This document shows, in pieces, positions 12,353-26,602 of a stretch of 64,000 nt of DNA. Under the pieces are notes generated by a model. It ran no database searches. It saw only the letters and a program-made list of their open reading frames with translations, and was not told the origin of the DNA. The translations under genes and the position numbers were made by a program. This stretch comes from Hypanus sabinus (taxonomy: Eukaryota): contig NC_082714.1 in NCBI RefSeq assembly GCF_030144855.1, positions 131,130,001-131,194,000 on the forward strand, written 5' to 3'. The first letter of the stretch is position 1, and each line of letters starts with the position of its first letter.

Positions 12353-15300
12353 AGACCATTTGTGTTAAGAGGATATCTGAGAAAGTAACATATGTGCATG
12401 AAGTCACCCTAGTGGGACACGAAGGGTATAACTGTAGTAAACAGCTCATGCTATTAGAAATGGTGTAAGGAACATCTGGGAGAACATGGTGAACTAGAAT
12501 CCATTCCTCCTTCAAATTTTGTGACAGCCAATCCATTGGTCTGCATCTGGATATGTCTTTTTAATTTACACGGTGTACTTGTGTTTAGAAAATCCTTTAT
12601 CCTTTGGGTTTTAGAAATGTTTTGTGCTTTATGCTTTGTGCTCCGTGTTTTGGAACTGGATCATGTTTTAGAAATTGTAATTTGGAAATGTTTAAGATAG
12701 AAATCCTCTGTGCGTTTTAAATATGTTTTAAGAATGTTTGGAATTAAATGTGTCATTAACAATAAATTAACTGTGTCTTAAACTACTTTGTTAGCTGGAG
12801 GCATCTTCTCTTTGGTAAGGAAAGGGGAACCCTCACTTGAATAATGAGAATTGGCAACTAAACTCACCATGGAGAATAAACAGGAAAATAAACTAGTCTT
12901 TGAAGATTGTGTAGTTACAGTAAAGTCTCCCTTTCATGACAATGCTCATGGCTACTTATATCCAACAGGGCTTAAAGTCTTGGTTTGAATTTGGAACTCT
13001 GCGGTCAATAAACCCAGTATCATCATAGCATGTGGTTCCAATCATTGGATTCAGGACTTTCAGGATAAATTTAGGGTATTGCCTACATAATGAATATTTA
13101 TATCTAATACTTTTTTCTCAATAATCTATTACATAAAATGAGTATCAGTTTCACTCAAGGAGTTCTCGTTATCATGCAACAACATAGATCCGTTTTGTTC
13201 AGTCTACCTTTTGTCTGTGTTTAAACCTTTTACAAGGAGTTATTGCTTTTTTAGCAATGGGCTACTTTTGGAAGTATTTAACTTAGTATCTCAGCTTTAA
13301 TCAAGCTTTATTGAGGGTAAGGGGAACAGAGATTAGCTAATAGGCATTAACAAAACTAAGAGAATAAATCATAAATCCCTAAAGCATTTAATGCTGTTTT
13401 CTGGGCTACCCTAACATGCTTCCATTTCTATTGAAGCCAATGAACTCTATCCATCTCTTCCTATTGCCTATCTCAAGATCCTGTTTCTTAGCAGGATTTA
13501 CTCAAGAAAATTCAATTCTACACATCCACTGGCAAATTCCATCTCTATGTTGTTGTTCTGATGCTGATCTCCCATGTAGCACATCTTCTGATTTACCATA
13601 CAGTGCAGGATAAGAGAAGTTTCCTCTAGCCAATCCATTGCCTTGGCTGCGCTGTATTAATTCTCTTCCCTAGTTACTGACCCATGTCCTCACTCTAGCC
13701 ATGTATTGAAGCTGAATCAAACTTTTTACAGCTAGGTGTTCTAATTGACCTTGAAATGCTTTTCCAGACTCAGACCCATTCCATCATCAGCACAACCTCT
13801 ATTAGCCTTCTGTACAACAGTGGATACTCATCTTTGCCTTCTTCAGATTATTGATTGATGTAGCTTTCAGTCATATCTTTTCATCTTTTAGACTTTGCAT
13901 TTCCAAAGAGGTCTTCTGTCTGACACACCAGGAACAGTATACAATGAACCCTGACACCCACCTTACAAAATATTAGTTCTGGGACTTCTTTCCTCCCTTC
14001 CTACACTTATTTTTTGATCCAGTATTATACTAGTTTTAGAATTCTCAACCTTCTTACAAATCCTTCTGTAGTTCTGTACTGTCTATTTTACTATTTCCAG
14101 CTCACCATTTCTTCAACTGTGGACCCTTCAGTGTGCCTCAGTTTAATCCCCCCACCATTTGCAGTAGTATGTTATTGGCTAGGTTTTAATTTTCGAACTT
14201 TTTATTTCACTCCAAACTTCTATATCTCCTTACCTCATTTAACATTCCCTACAAACCTACTTCTTCAAACACATTTCTGATTTGCAGCTTAATGCTGTAG
14301 CTTGAAATTTTGCCTGTAATACTTTGCTATTGATGATACATGCAAGTTAACTTAGACACATTAAAGATTTATTTTAATAACTGAATATTATTGCCTTTTT
14401 TCATTTGATGTCAAAATATGATTCATTTGAAGTATCTACTTCTCTTTCAAATGCAAAGATTAGATTAATTTAAGACCATCATTGTTTCATTTCACATGGT
14501 ATAAAAGAACTAATCTGCTATCAGCTTTCCCCTGTAAACCTTGAGATTGTCACACCAATATAACAATTCTTCTTCACTTTCTCCAATTATTGCAACTTAT
14601 ATTTTTATGTCTTTTTTATTTGTTTGATTTTTTGTTTCCTAATTTCTTATTCCTTGTTTGAAAATGAAATGTACTTTATCATCTCTAAACAGTACCCTCT
14701 GAGACAAAACTCCAATCTTAAGGTTTGTGCTTTATTCAAACATGCAATTCCCTGAATGTTAAAGCTAAAATACCATTACAGAAAATAAATCATGTCTGCA
14801 ATATTAACCATTCTCTGAAAGGAGCCAATTATTTGACACATTTGCACATTTCGGTATAACAAATTAGGCAGCTGTGTGCCAATGTAGGTTATCCTCAGTG
14901 GGTACACATTGGCCTTAATCAGAAGATCAAATCCTAATATAGCAACTCATCCCAAAAACACAATATTATTTTGGGGAAAATGAAATGTCCCTCATGCAAA
15001 GATGTCAAAAAATTCAAAAGCCTTTTCTTTCATTTAAGATTTTAGCAGCAAGTGAGCTTTCAAAGATACTAGATTGTAACATAGACTAAAGAAAAATCTT
15101 TAGAGGCAAAATAATCATAATGAGATCAAAACTTCCTCCACTTTATTTTAAAATTAATTTCACCTCTCTTCATTTTATGAATTATTTAGTGTGAGCTCTG
15201 GATGTTATTTTCAAACTGTATAATGAAGAAAACGGTGTTGTAGTTTTTAAATAAATAACGTAAAACTGACTTAATTGCTAGAGGGACTAAAATGTTTGAA

Positions 15301-15756
15301 AATCCAAAGTCACGGGTTGTTTTAAAATCCCACTAACTAAAACCGGAGAATTCAAGAGGAATTGCTAACTGCTGCATCCATTACTTGGTGAAATGAACAA
15401 TCAGCATCTCATAAGTTTACCCAGTGGACATTTTATGATTGATGAATACTCCCCACTGAGAGATAAGCTTTTGCTTTTTGTTGAAAGTACATTTACTGTT
15501 AATGTACTACTATATGCCCACAGGAACACTGCAGGTCATGTCACTAATTACACAAAGAGAATAAGGTTATGTGTGAATGAATTATTTGTTAGAAATCATC
15601 AGTTATCTTTCTGTTGCTGTAAAACTTGCTGACCTAAATAATTAAACTCCAAAGAGATAGGAAAGGCCTGAAAATATGATATGATTTTCTACAAAATCTT
15701 AGAAGTTGCCATACCCTTTACTTTGGTTTATCTTTGGTATAGAAAATTCCAAGATT

Positions 15757-15900
15757 AGACCATAGAACCACTAGATATAGGAAAAGAATTAGGCTATTTG
15801 GCCTATCCAGTCTTTTCCGCCATTTCATCATGGCTGATCCATTTCCCTCTCAACCCCCATCTCCTACCTTTTCACCATATCCCTTCATGGCCTGACTAGT
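15757..15900 (-). mobile_element. CR1 3' tail fragment
   Basis: GATATAGGAAAAGAATTAGGCTATTTGGCC.. matches 17255 and 35530. Confidence 0.7.
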
Positions 15901-16932
15901 TATTTGTTCAGCTTCTAGATCTATATCCACTATTACAAATGTTTATCTACTGTACGCTGGATATATCACAGGTTCAGCATCACCTGTTATAATGGGCTTT
16001 ACATTCTCCATGAAGATGAGCACCTTCCATACCCAATTTCTGGCAAAATAGCAGTGCAAATGGCAATTAAAAAAATTAGTCCTCCAATCGAATGTACTCA
16101 AAAACAGCAAAGCAGCATTGCCAATACACAGTATGTGTAGCTATATTTAGAAGGTGATTCAAATGCATTCCAACAGCTTGAAAGCACTCATCAATGATGA
16201 AAATACTTTAATTGTCAAATATAATAACTACTAAATAACAGAATGAAGTTTTCTCATATCTAATCATTTTGTCTAACATTAAAATGTCAGATTAAACAAG
16301 CAACATTTAATGTCCATCTTAATATATAAGATTGATAACATGCATTTCTGGGAATTAGCATTATTTTAACTTCACAACTTTATGGAAATTGTTATAAAGT
16401 ACACGAGTTCAGTGATCTCTAGTGAAGCCCAAGCATTATGTACAGACTTATACATCTGAGACATGGGAAGCTCATGGCGTTTATTCAAGGACTTGCCACA
16501 GACTGTCCTTCTGGAATTTTCTACCAACAATGTTGCAAGCAGAGAGCAGTTAGTCATTTGACTAAAGGGACAGGGGTTGCAAAGTAACAATCATTGTTCA
16601 TAACCAATATTGCTTGCACTGCAATGAATATAATATTAAGCAATATTATAATAATAAAACAGAAAACCTCTTTAGATAAAATAAATAAAATTCTTGCAAT
16701 ATTATTTGCACTATAAAATCACTTCCATGTGAATCAGAAGGTACATTCAATCTTCAGGAAATGTCAACACATAATTTAGAGTGATATTTAATTGCAATAA
16801 TGAGGAAAAATCTTCATTCTTTGTCAGACAAACCCTCTTTGGTCTCTTATCTGGGAGCATGACAATCAGACTGTTCCATGATAGGTTGTCACCTTAGGTT
16901 AATTTAGGTGAAGAAGGAGTGTGGCAAGATCT

Positions 16933-17187
16933 TGTCAGGCCTGCTCCCACTGACTCTTCCAAGCTTGCACATACAGGTACCTCTCAGTCTCCACACAACA
17001 AACTCAATTCACCTACCACTCATTCCAGATGGTCCAGACCTGCAGCCTATTTAACCCCAGTTCACATTCACAGTCCTTGTTCAATCATCGACCAGCCAGC
17101 CTCAGCCAGTTGCTCCCAGCTTTCACAATTCCTGCCTAAAGTTTGCATTGTTGTCTGTTATGGTTAGTTTCTTACCTCTCTTGTTTT
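16933..17187 (+). mobile_element. partial Gypsy-type LTR
   Basis: Starts TGTCA, has a TATTTAA box and a pyrimidine-rich body like the LTR at 43881; truncated by a CR1. Confidence 0.45.
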
Positions 17188-17251
17188 AATCACTCAAAGA
17201 TAACAGGAAAGCAATTACTTGGAAGCAGAGGATGTTGGTGAGGTTCTTAAA

Positions 17252-19140
17252 ATCATAAGATATAGGAGTAGAATTAGGCCATTTGGCCTGCCAAGTCCAT
17301 TCCACCATTTCATCATCCAATTTTCCTCACAGCCCCATTCTCCTGCCTTCTTATCATAGCCATTCATGCCTGAACAATCAAGAATCTATCAGCCTCTGCT
17401 TTAAATATATATACATAAGGACTTGGCCTCCACAGCTACCTATGGCAAACTATTCCACAGATTCACCACCCACGGCTAAAGAAATTCCTCCTCATCACCA
17501 TTCTAAAAGGACTGAGGATGTGTCATCTGGTCTTAGACACTCCCACGATAGGAAACATCTTCTTCATATCCACTCTATCAAGGCCTTTCACCATTTTATA
17601 GATTTCAGTAAGGTCACCCTTCATTCTTCTAATTCTAGTGAATACAGGCCCAGACCCACCAAACATTCTTCATATGACAAGCCTGGAATCATTTTCATGA
17701 ACCTCCTTTGAACCCTCTCCAGTTTTAGCACATCCTTTCTAAGATCAGAAGCACAAAGCTGCTCACAATACTTCCAAGTGAGGCCTCACCAGTGGTTTAT
17801 AAAGTTTCAACATCACATCCTTGCTTTTATGTTTTAGTCTTCCTGAAATGAATGGCAACATTGCACTTGCCTTCCTCTCCGCAGACTCAACCTGCAAATT
17901 AACCTTTAGAAAATCCTGCACAAGGATTCCCAAGTCGCTTTGCATCTCAATTTTTTTAATATTTTCTCTCCATTTAGAAAATAATCAACCTTTTAATTTC
18001 TTCTAAGCACATGGCCATAAATTTCCCAACACTGTATTCCATCTGCCATTTCTTTGCCCTTTCTCCTAATCTATCTAACTCCTTCTGTAACCTCTCTACT
18101 TCCTCAAAACTAACTTCCCCTCCAGCTATCTTCATATCATCTGCCAGCTTTGTAACAAAGTCATCAATTCCATCATCCAAATCATTGACATATGTAAAAA
18201 GAATCGGTCCCAGCACAGACCCCTGTGAAACACCACTAGTCACCGGTAGCCAATCAGAAAAGGCTTCCTTTACTCCCACTCTTTGCCTCCTGCCAATCAG
18301 CAAAAACAATATGCATAAATGGCAAATTTTAGCTTTACCATGAACAACAGAGTTGAACAAGTAACACATTATGGATTTATATACAGAATACTCTTAGTGA
18401 ACTGTGATTACATTGCTTCCGCATTTCCACATCATCCACCCTCTCTGTTTTATCAATGCTAGAATCTTTCCTGTCATACCATGGGCTCTTAGCTTGTTAA
18501 GCAGCCTCAAGTATAGCACCTGGTCAAAGGCCTTCTGAAAATCCAAGTACACAATATCCACTGCTTCTCCTTTGTCTATCCTGCTTGTTACTTCTTCAAT
18601 GAATTCCAACAGATTTGTCAGACAAGATTTTCTCCTGAGGAAACCATGCTGACTATGGTTTATTTTATCATGTGCTTCCAAGTACCCTGAGACCTCATCC
18701 TTAATAATCAACTTCAACATCTTCCCAGCCACTGTGGTCAGACTGTTGTGTCCTGTCTTCTGCTGCTTTCCCTTCTTGAAAAGTGGAGTGATACTTGCGA
18801 TTTTCCGGTCTTCCAGAACTATTCAGGAATCTAGTAATTCTTCAAAGATCATTAGTAATGCCTCCACTATCTCTTCAGCTAACACTTTTAGAACACTAGG
18901 GTGTACACCACCTAGCACAGGTAATTTATCTACCTTCAGACCTTTCAGTTTCCCAATAACCTTCTCTCTAGTTATGGTAACTTCATGTACTCATGCCTCC
19001 CGACACCTGGAACTTCCAGCATACAGCTGGTGCCTTCCATGGTGGACTGATGCAAAATACTTATTCAGTTCGTCTGCTATTTTGTCGTCCCCCATTACTA
19101 CCTGTCCAGCATCATTTCCCAGCGGCTTTATGTCAGTACT
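17252..19140 (-). mobile_element. CR1 LINE RT region with a ~140 bp foreign cassette at 18302-18443
   Basis: QHGFLRRKSCLTNLLEF, VYLDFQKAFD, GVSQGSVLGP, LADD. Confidence 0.9.
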
Positions 19141-19249
19141 TTAGTATTTACATGAGCCCTTTATATAAGTATTTATCAAAGAGAAGGATGTGGAGAAATA
19201 AGTGGTACCAAGCATTTTGAGCACTCGGGCATTTTGAGATAAAGGGAAG

Positions 19250-19483
19250 TGTGGTGAACTACATATACCTGTCTGGACACGCCCCCCCTGCTGACTGCTC
19301 CTGTGGCCCCTCCCACTGAGCTTGGCTCCTCCCACAGACCCCGGTATAAAGGCGATTGAGGCCTGAGCCCTGCCTTCAATCTCCAGGATGTAGTATGGTG
19401 GTCAATTACTGCTTGTTCTTTCTTCCAGTCAATAAAAGCCAATATCTCGCCTCACGTCTCGGAGAGTTATTGATGGTGCATCA
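19250..19483 (+). mobile_element. solo LTR (234 bp)
   Basis: TG...CA ends, TATAAA at ~19346, AATAAA at ~19431, 5 bp TSD GGAAG at 19245-19249 and 19484-19488. Confidence 0.9.
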
Positions 19484-21673
19484 GGAAGTTATTGTTTGAT
19501 CTTTTAAAGGGCGGTAAGTGGCAAATCCCTAGGACTGATGGGATATACCCGAGGTTATTGAGAGAGATAAGAGATAAGATTGCTTGACCAATATCATTGT
19601 GTCCTCTTCAGCCACAGGCGAGGTTGCAGAAGCTAGCGAGCAGCTGATGGTGTAATGTTGTAATCCTGGAATTAATGCACCAGGGAGCTTCACATCAGAG
19701 GTTGGGAAGTTACCTGAGAGAATTCTTAGGGATAAGAATTATGGGCAGTTGGAAAACCGTGGTGTACTTAGGGACAGACAGCATGGCTATGTGCAGGTCA
19801 ATTCATGTCCTAAGTTTTTTGACAAGGTGATGAGGGTGATCGATAAAGATAGAGCTATGGTTTTTGTCTACATAGATCTTAGGAAGGCTTTTGACAATGT
19901 TTTGACATGGGAGGCTCATCCAGAAGATTACAATACATGGAATCTATGGGGAACTGGCTGTTGGATTCAAAACTAGTTTGCTGTAGAAAACAGAGGGTGG
20001 TGGTTGAGGTGACTTATTCTAGCTGGAGGCCTGTGATTAGTGGTGTTCCTCAGGGACCTGTACTGGGACCTCTGCTGTCTGATGTATATTAATAACCTGG
20101 ATGAGAACGAGAATGGATGAGTTAGTAAGTTTGCAGTTAACATGAAGACTGATGGTATTGTGGATAGTGTAGAAGACCGGCATGTGATGGATAATCTTTC
20201 CTCTTATAGATCAGTGGCAGATATGGGCAGAGAAATGGCAGGCTGATTTTAACCCAGCAAATATGAAGTGTTGTACCATGATAGGTCAAATGTAAAGAGA
20301 CAGTGCACTGTAACAGTGTTGCTGAGCAGAGAGATCTTGGGGATCCAAGTTCATAACTCCTTGAAAATGGCTACAAAGGTTGATAGGGTGGTTAAGAAGG
20401 CACATGGAAGGTTTACCTTTATTGTTGAGGCATTGAGTTCAAAAGACAGAAAGCAATGTTGCAGTTTTCTAAAACCAGTTAGGCTGCATCTGGAGTATTG
20501 CCGACCGTTCTGGTCACCACATTACAGGAAGGATGTAGAGGCTTTGGAGAGGGTGCAGAAGGGGTTAACCAGGATGCTGTCTGGATCAGAGAGCATGCAC
20601 TAACATGAGAGTTTGGACAAGCTTGGGTTTTTTTCCCTAGAATGTCGGAGGCTAAGGAGAAACCTGATAGAGTTTTATAAAGATTAAGAAAAGAGAAGAT
20701 AGAGTAGATAGGCAATATCTCTTTCTTAGGGTTGAAATGTCTAATACCAGAGGCTATGTATTTAAGTTGAGAGGGAGTAATTTCAAAGGAGGTGTGAGGG
20801 GCAGGTTTTTTTTTACACACAGAGAGTGGTGCATGCCTGGAATTCACTGTCTGGGGTGGTGGTCCCAAGTTTATTAGGGACTTTTAAGACACATTTAGAT
20901 AGGCACATGAATGTGAGGAAAATGAAAGGACGCAGATATTGTGTAAGCCAAAAGGATCAGCTTGTTGGCCATTTGATTCCTAATTTAGTGGGTTCGGTAT
21001 AACATTGTGGACCCATTCCTGTACTGAGCTCATCTATGTTCTATGTGATTGATTAATGCAGAGAAATGAAGGTAACAATAATCTACGTATAAAAGCTGCT
21101 CCTAACCATGGAACACAGTTAAAAACATAAATTAGCAGCAGCATTAGACCAAAGGGTATGTGAAATAGAATCCTATTGATTTCAGTAAGGCAAGTGAGGG
21201 GTTGACAAACATTGATGTTGGGAGGTACTGCACACCCAGCAGTAAAAGTGATTTTTGTCCCACTGGATCCATGAATGTTTTACACATTCAGTCTTCTGCT
21301 CCACCTCATTGTCTTAATACATAACCTTCAGAAATATGGCCACAAGAGGAAAGATTATCCATCCCATGCCTGTGCATAGCAATTTTGAAAACCACATTTT
21401 TTGAACTTGACATTGATTTATTCAGGCTGTTCAGTCTAATAAATTCAAAGTCCAGTCTTAAAATAATATTGATCTACAGAGAATTTCAGAAATTGAAAAT
21501 AGCATGTTTTAGAAATTCTATCTGGTGAATATATAAAAAAAAGTATTGCTCAAATATTTTCACTTAAATAATGTGTTAAGCATTTTCACAGAAACTCCTT
21601 AGCTTTCACCTACTGTTACAGCTCTTTTCTCCCAGATTTATTGAAACATTCTCAAAAATTTACTGCTGACATA

Positions 21674-22213
21674 CACTCAGTGGCCACTATGTAAGGTACC
21701 TTCTATACCTAATAAATATTAGTATTGCCGGAGTGTATGCCTGTGGTCTTCTGTTGTTGTAGCCCATCAGCTTCAAGGTTTGATATGTTGTGCATTCAGT
21801 GACGCTCTTCTGCACATCACTGTTGTAGTGCAGGTTTTGAGTTGTTGTTGCCTTCCTATCAGCTTGAACCAATCTGGCTTTTCCCCTTCGATCTCCCTTA
21901 TTACCTGGACATGTTTGCCCTCAGAACTGTCACTGGATGTTCTTTTGTTTGTCGCACCACTCTCTGTAAACTCCAGAGACTGTTGTGCATGAAAATCCCA
22001 GGAGATAAGCAGTTTCTGATAACGCTCAAACTACTCATCTGGCACCGACAATCATTCCACAGTCAATGCCATTTAGATATAACTTCTTCCCCCACTCTGA
22101 TGCTTGGTTGAACAACAACGGGACCTCTTCACTAAGTCTGCATACTTTTGTGTAGCAGCTGCAACGCTGAGTTGTTGCCACGCAATCGGCTGATAAGATA
22201 TTTGTATTAATGA
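21674..22213 (-). mobile_element. Tc1-derived non-autonomous DNA transposon, truncated by CR1
   Basis: TA + TIR CACTCAGTGGCCACT; minus ORF MVQADRKATTTQ..VQKSVTECTT is a Tc1 transposase HTH remnant. Confidence 0.8.
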
Positions 22214-22214
22214 C

Positions 22215-25200
22215 AAATAGAAGCAAAGAAACACAGAAAACCTACAGCACAATACAGGCCTTTCGGCCCACAAAGCTGTGCCGAACACGTCCTTACCTTA
22301 GAAATTACCTAGGGTTACCCATAGCTCTTTAATTTTCTAAGCTCCATGTACCTATCCAGGAGTCTCTTAAAAGACCCTATCGTAAAAGACCTAGTCTCCA
22401 CCACTGTCACCAGCACCACATTCCACACACTCACCACTCTGCATAAAAAACTTACCCCTGGCATCTCCTCTGTGCCTACTACAAGCACCTTAAAACTGTG
22501 CCCTCTCATGCAAGCCATTTCAGCCCTGGGAAAAAGCCTCCAACTAGCTACACGATCAATGCCTCTCATCATCTTATACACATCTATTAGATCACCTCTC
22601 ATCCTCCGTCACTCCAAGGAGAAAAGGCCAAGGTCACTCAACCTATTCTCATAAGGCATGCCCCTGAGATTCTCACAACATCCTTGTAAATCTCCTCTGC
22701 ACCCATTCTATGGCTTCCACATCCTTCCTGTAGTGAAGCAACCAGAACTGAGCACAGTACTCCAAGCAGGGTCTGACCAGGGTCCTATATAGCTGCAACA
22801 TTACCTCTTGGATCCTAAATTTAATATCATGATTGATGAAGGCCAATGCACTGTATGCTTTCTGAACCACAGAGTGAACCTGTGCCGAAATTTGAGCGTC
22901 CTATGGACTCGGACCCCAAGATCCCTCTGATTCTCTACACTGCCAAGAGTCTTACCATTAATACTATATTTTGCCATCATATTTGACCTACCAAAATGAA
23001 CCACCTTACGCTTATATCGATTGAATTCCATTTGCCACTTCTCAACCCAGTTTTTCATCCCATCAATGTCCCACTGTAACCTCTGACAACCCTCCACACT
23101 ATCCACAAGACCTACAACCTTTGTGTCATCAGCAAACTTACTAATCCATCCCTCCACTTCCTCATCCTGATCATTTATAAAAATCACAAAGAAAAGGGGT
23201 CCCAGAACAGATCCCTGAGGCACTGAACTCCATGCAGAATATGACCCAGCTACAACCACTCTTTGCTTTCTGTGGTCAAGCCAGTTTTGGATCCACAAAG
23301 CAATGTCCCTTTGGATCCCATGCCTCCTTACTTTCTCAATAAGCCTTGCATGGGGTACCTTATCAAATGCCTTGCTGAAATCCATATACACAACATCTAC
23401 TGCTCTTCCTTCATCAATGTGTTTAGTCACATCCTCAAAAAATTCAATCAGGCTCATAAATCCTGCCTCTCAGGATCTTCTCCATCAACTTACCAATCAC
23501 TGAAGTAAGACTCACTGGTCTATAATTTCCTGGGCTATCCCTACTCCCTTTCTTGAATAAGGGAACAACATCCGCAACCCTCTAATCCTCTGTAACCTCT
23601 CCCGTCCCCATTGATGATGCAAAGATCATCACCAGAGGCTCAGCAATCTCCTCACTCACATCCAACAGTAGCCTGGGTATATCTCGTCTGGTCCTGGGGA
23701 CTTATCCAACTTAATGCTTTCCAAAAGATCCAGCACATCTTCTTTCTTCATATCTAAATGCTCAAGCTTTTCAGTCCTTTATAAGTCATCCCTACAATCA
23801 CCAAGATCCTTTTCCATAGTGAATACTAAAGCAAAGTACCCATTAAGTACCTCTAATATCTACTCCGGTTCCATACACACTTTTGCGCTGTCACACTTGA
23901 TAGGTTCTATTTTCTCACATCTTATCCTCTTGCTCTTCACATACTCGTAAAATGCCTTGGGGTTTTCTTTAATCCAGACTGCCAAAGCCTTCTCATTGCC
24001 CCTTCTGGCTCCCCTAATTTCATTCTTAAACTCCTTCCTGCTAGCCTTATAATCTCCTAGATCTCTATCATTACCTAGTTTTTTGAACCTTTTATAAGCT
24101 TTTCTTCTCTTCTTGACTAGATATACAACAGCCTTTGTACACCACATTTCCTGTACCCTACCAACCTTTCCCTGTCTCATTGGAATGTACCTATGCAGAA
24201 CTCCACTCAAATATCCCCTGAACATTTGCCACATTTCTTCTGTACATTTCCCTGAGAACATCTGTTTCCAATCTATGCTTCCAAGTTCCTTCGTAATAGC
24301 CTCAAATTTCCCCTTACTCCAATTAAACACTTTCTTAACTTGTTTATTCCTATCCCTCTCCAATGCTCTAATTGTGATCACTATCTCCAAAACGCTCTCC
24401 CACTGAGAGACCTGACACCTGACCAGGTTCATTTCCCAATATCAGATCAAGTACAGCCTCTCCTCTTGTAGGCTTATCTACATATTGTGTCAAGAAACCT
24501 TACTGAACACACCTAACAAACTCCGCCCCATCTGAACCTCCTGCTCTAGGGAGATGCCAATCAACATTTGGGAAATTAAAATCTCCCACCATGACAACCT
24601 TGTTATTATAACACCTTTCCAGAATCTGTCTCCCTATCTACTCTTCGATGTCCCTGTTTCTATTGAGTGGTCTATAGAGTCATTGACCCCTTCCTGTTTC
24701 TAACTTCCACCTACAGAGACTCCATAGACAATCCCTCCATGACTTCCTTCTTTTCTGCAGCTGTGACACTATCTCTGATCAACAGTGCCACACCCCCACC
24801 TCTTTTGCCTCCCTCACTGTCTTTTCTGAAACATCTAAAGCCTTGCACTCAAAGTAACCATTCCTGCCCTTAAGTATTCCAAGTCTCTGTAATGGCCACA
24901 ACATCATAGCTCCAAGTACTGATCCATGCTTTAAGCTAATCCACTTTATTCATAATACTCCTTACATTAAAATAGACACATCTCAAACCATCTGTCTAAG
25001 CGCATCCCTTCTCTATCACCTGCGTATCCTCCCTCTCACACTGTCTCCAAACTTTCTCTATTTGTAAGCCAAACACCTCTTCCTCCGTCTCTTCAGTTCG
25101 GTTCCCACACCCCAGCAATTCTAGTTTAAACTCTCCCCAGTAACCTTAGCAATCCTCCCCACCAGGATATTGGTCCTCCTGGGATTCAACCTGTCCTTTT

Positions 25201-26200
25201 TGTACAGGTCACACCTGCTCAAAAAGAGTTCCCAATGATCCAGAAATCTGAAACCCTGCCCCCTGCTCCAATCCCTCATTTATCCTCCGCCTCATTCTAT
25301 TCTTATACTAACTGTCACGTGGTACAGGCAGTAATCCCAAGATTACTACCTTTGAGGTCCTGCTTCTCAACTTCCTTCCTAACTCCCTGTAGTCTCTTTT
25401 CAGGACCTCCTCTCTTTTCCTACCTATGTTGTTGGTGCCAATATGTACCACGACCTCTGATATCATGGACGTGATCAAAAACATCCCAGACCCTGGCACC
25501 AGGGAGGCAAACTACCATCCGTGTTTCTTTCCTGCATCCACAGAATCGCCTGTCTGACTCCCTAACTATAGAGTTCCTTATCACTGCTGCCATCCTCTTC
25601 CTTTCTCTACCCTTCTGAGCTACAGGGCCAGCCAGACTCTGTGCCAGAGACGCGGCCACTATCGCTTCCCCCAGGTAGGCCGTCCCCCCAACAGTACTCA
25701 AACAGGAGTACTTATTGTTAAGTGGGACAGCCACAAAGGTACTGTTTAGCATCTGACTCTTGCCCTTCCCTCACCTGACTGTTACCCACTTATATCTGTC
25801 TCCCGAGGCCCTGGTGTGACTAACTGCCTATAGTTTATCTCTATCACCTCCTCAGTTTCCCTGACCAGGCAAAGGTCATCGAGCTGCATCTCCAGTTCCC
25901 TAACGCAGTCCCTAAGGAGCTGCAGCTCAACGCACATGGCGCAGATGTGACCATCCAGGAGGCTGGGAATCTCCACGTCTTCCCACATCTGACACCGAGC
26001 ACAGAACACTGGCCTCACACACATACTTCCTGTCTGTATTCTACACAAGAAACCTACCTCTCCTTGATGCTTTATCACTGAAGCCTTATTGAGCCAAAGC
26101 CTTCCTACTCTGTTACCCACTCCTTCAATGCCCACTCTATAAAGCTGTCTCCTTTTAAACTCTTCACGCTGTTCTAACCGGCTGACAACCTCGCGCTGCA
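22215..26200 (-). mobile_element. near full-length CR1 LINE (ORF1 + ORF2), inactivated
   Basis: ORF1 zinc-finger/leucine-zipper (CARCQMWE..CAMCVELQLLRDCVRELEMQLDDL) and SGNH esterase (AVIRNSIVR, CLPGARV, VVVHIGTNNIGR); ORF2 RT (YMDFSKAFD, VPQGSVLGP, FADD); frameshifts and deletions. Confidence 0.93.
25200..26030 (-). pseudogene. CR1 ORF1: zinc-finger/leucine zipper plus SGNH esterase
   Basis: ORFs 25782..26201, 25420..25752 and 25308..25499 join through frameshifts. Confidence 0.8.
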
Positions 26201-26377
26201 TGCTTCAGCATATTCTGGAGTCATGCTCAAAAGTGCAGAGCCTGCAGGAAGTCATTTATAAGCATATCTGACCACTTGCACACACCTGGGCACAGTTTTA
26301 ATCAAAAGCTATTCTCTAACTTGTAGCCTGCCAATGACCAGGCAACCTAAAGAATTCCTCCTTGATTAGGTAGTGTA

Positions 26378-26455
26378 CACTCAGTGGCCACTTTATTTGG
26401 TACAGCTGTACACCTGCTCCTCAATGCAAATATCTAATCAGCTAAACATGTGGTC
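26378..26455 (+). mobile_element. Tc1-derived element, left-end fragment
   Basis: TA + CACTCAGTGGCCACTTTATT TIR. Confidence 0.7.
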
Positions 26456-26602
26456 TATGAATCTTGCATTTCTGTGGACTGAAAATGTCTCCGAACAGCA
26501 GGGAGTTCAATGGAATGGCCAATACTGATACATAATAAGCAGCTATGAATAACAAAACTTTATTCTTTCTCCAATCAGCAAAAATACAATGTTAGAAATA
26601 TA

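Larger units (their letters stand above)
17188..21045 (+). mobile_element. plus-strand CR1 ORF2 remnant interrupted by a minus-strand CR1 (17252-19140) and a solo LTR (19250-19483)
   Basis: [43 protein letters not shown]; 3' tail CTATGTTCTATGT near 21035. Confidence 0.8.
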
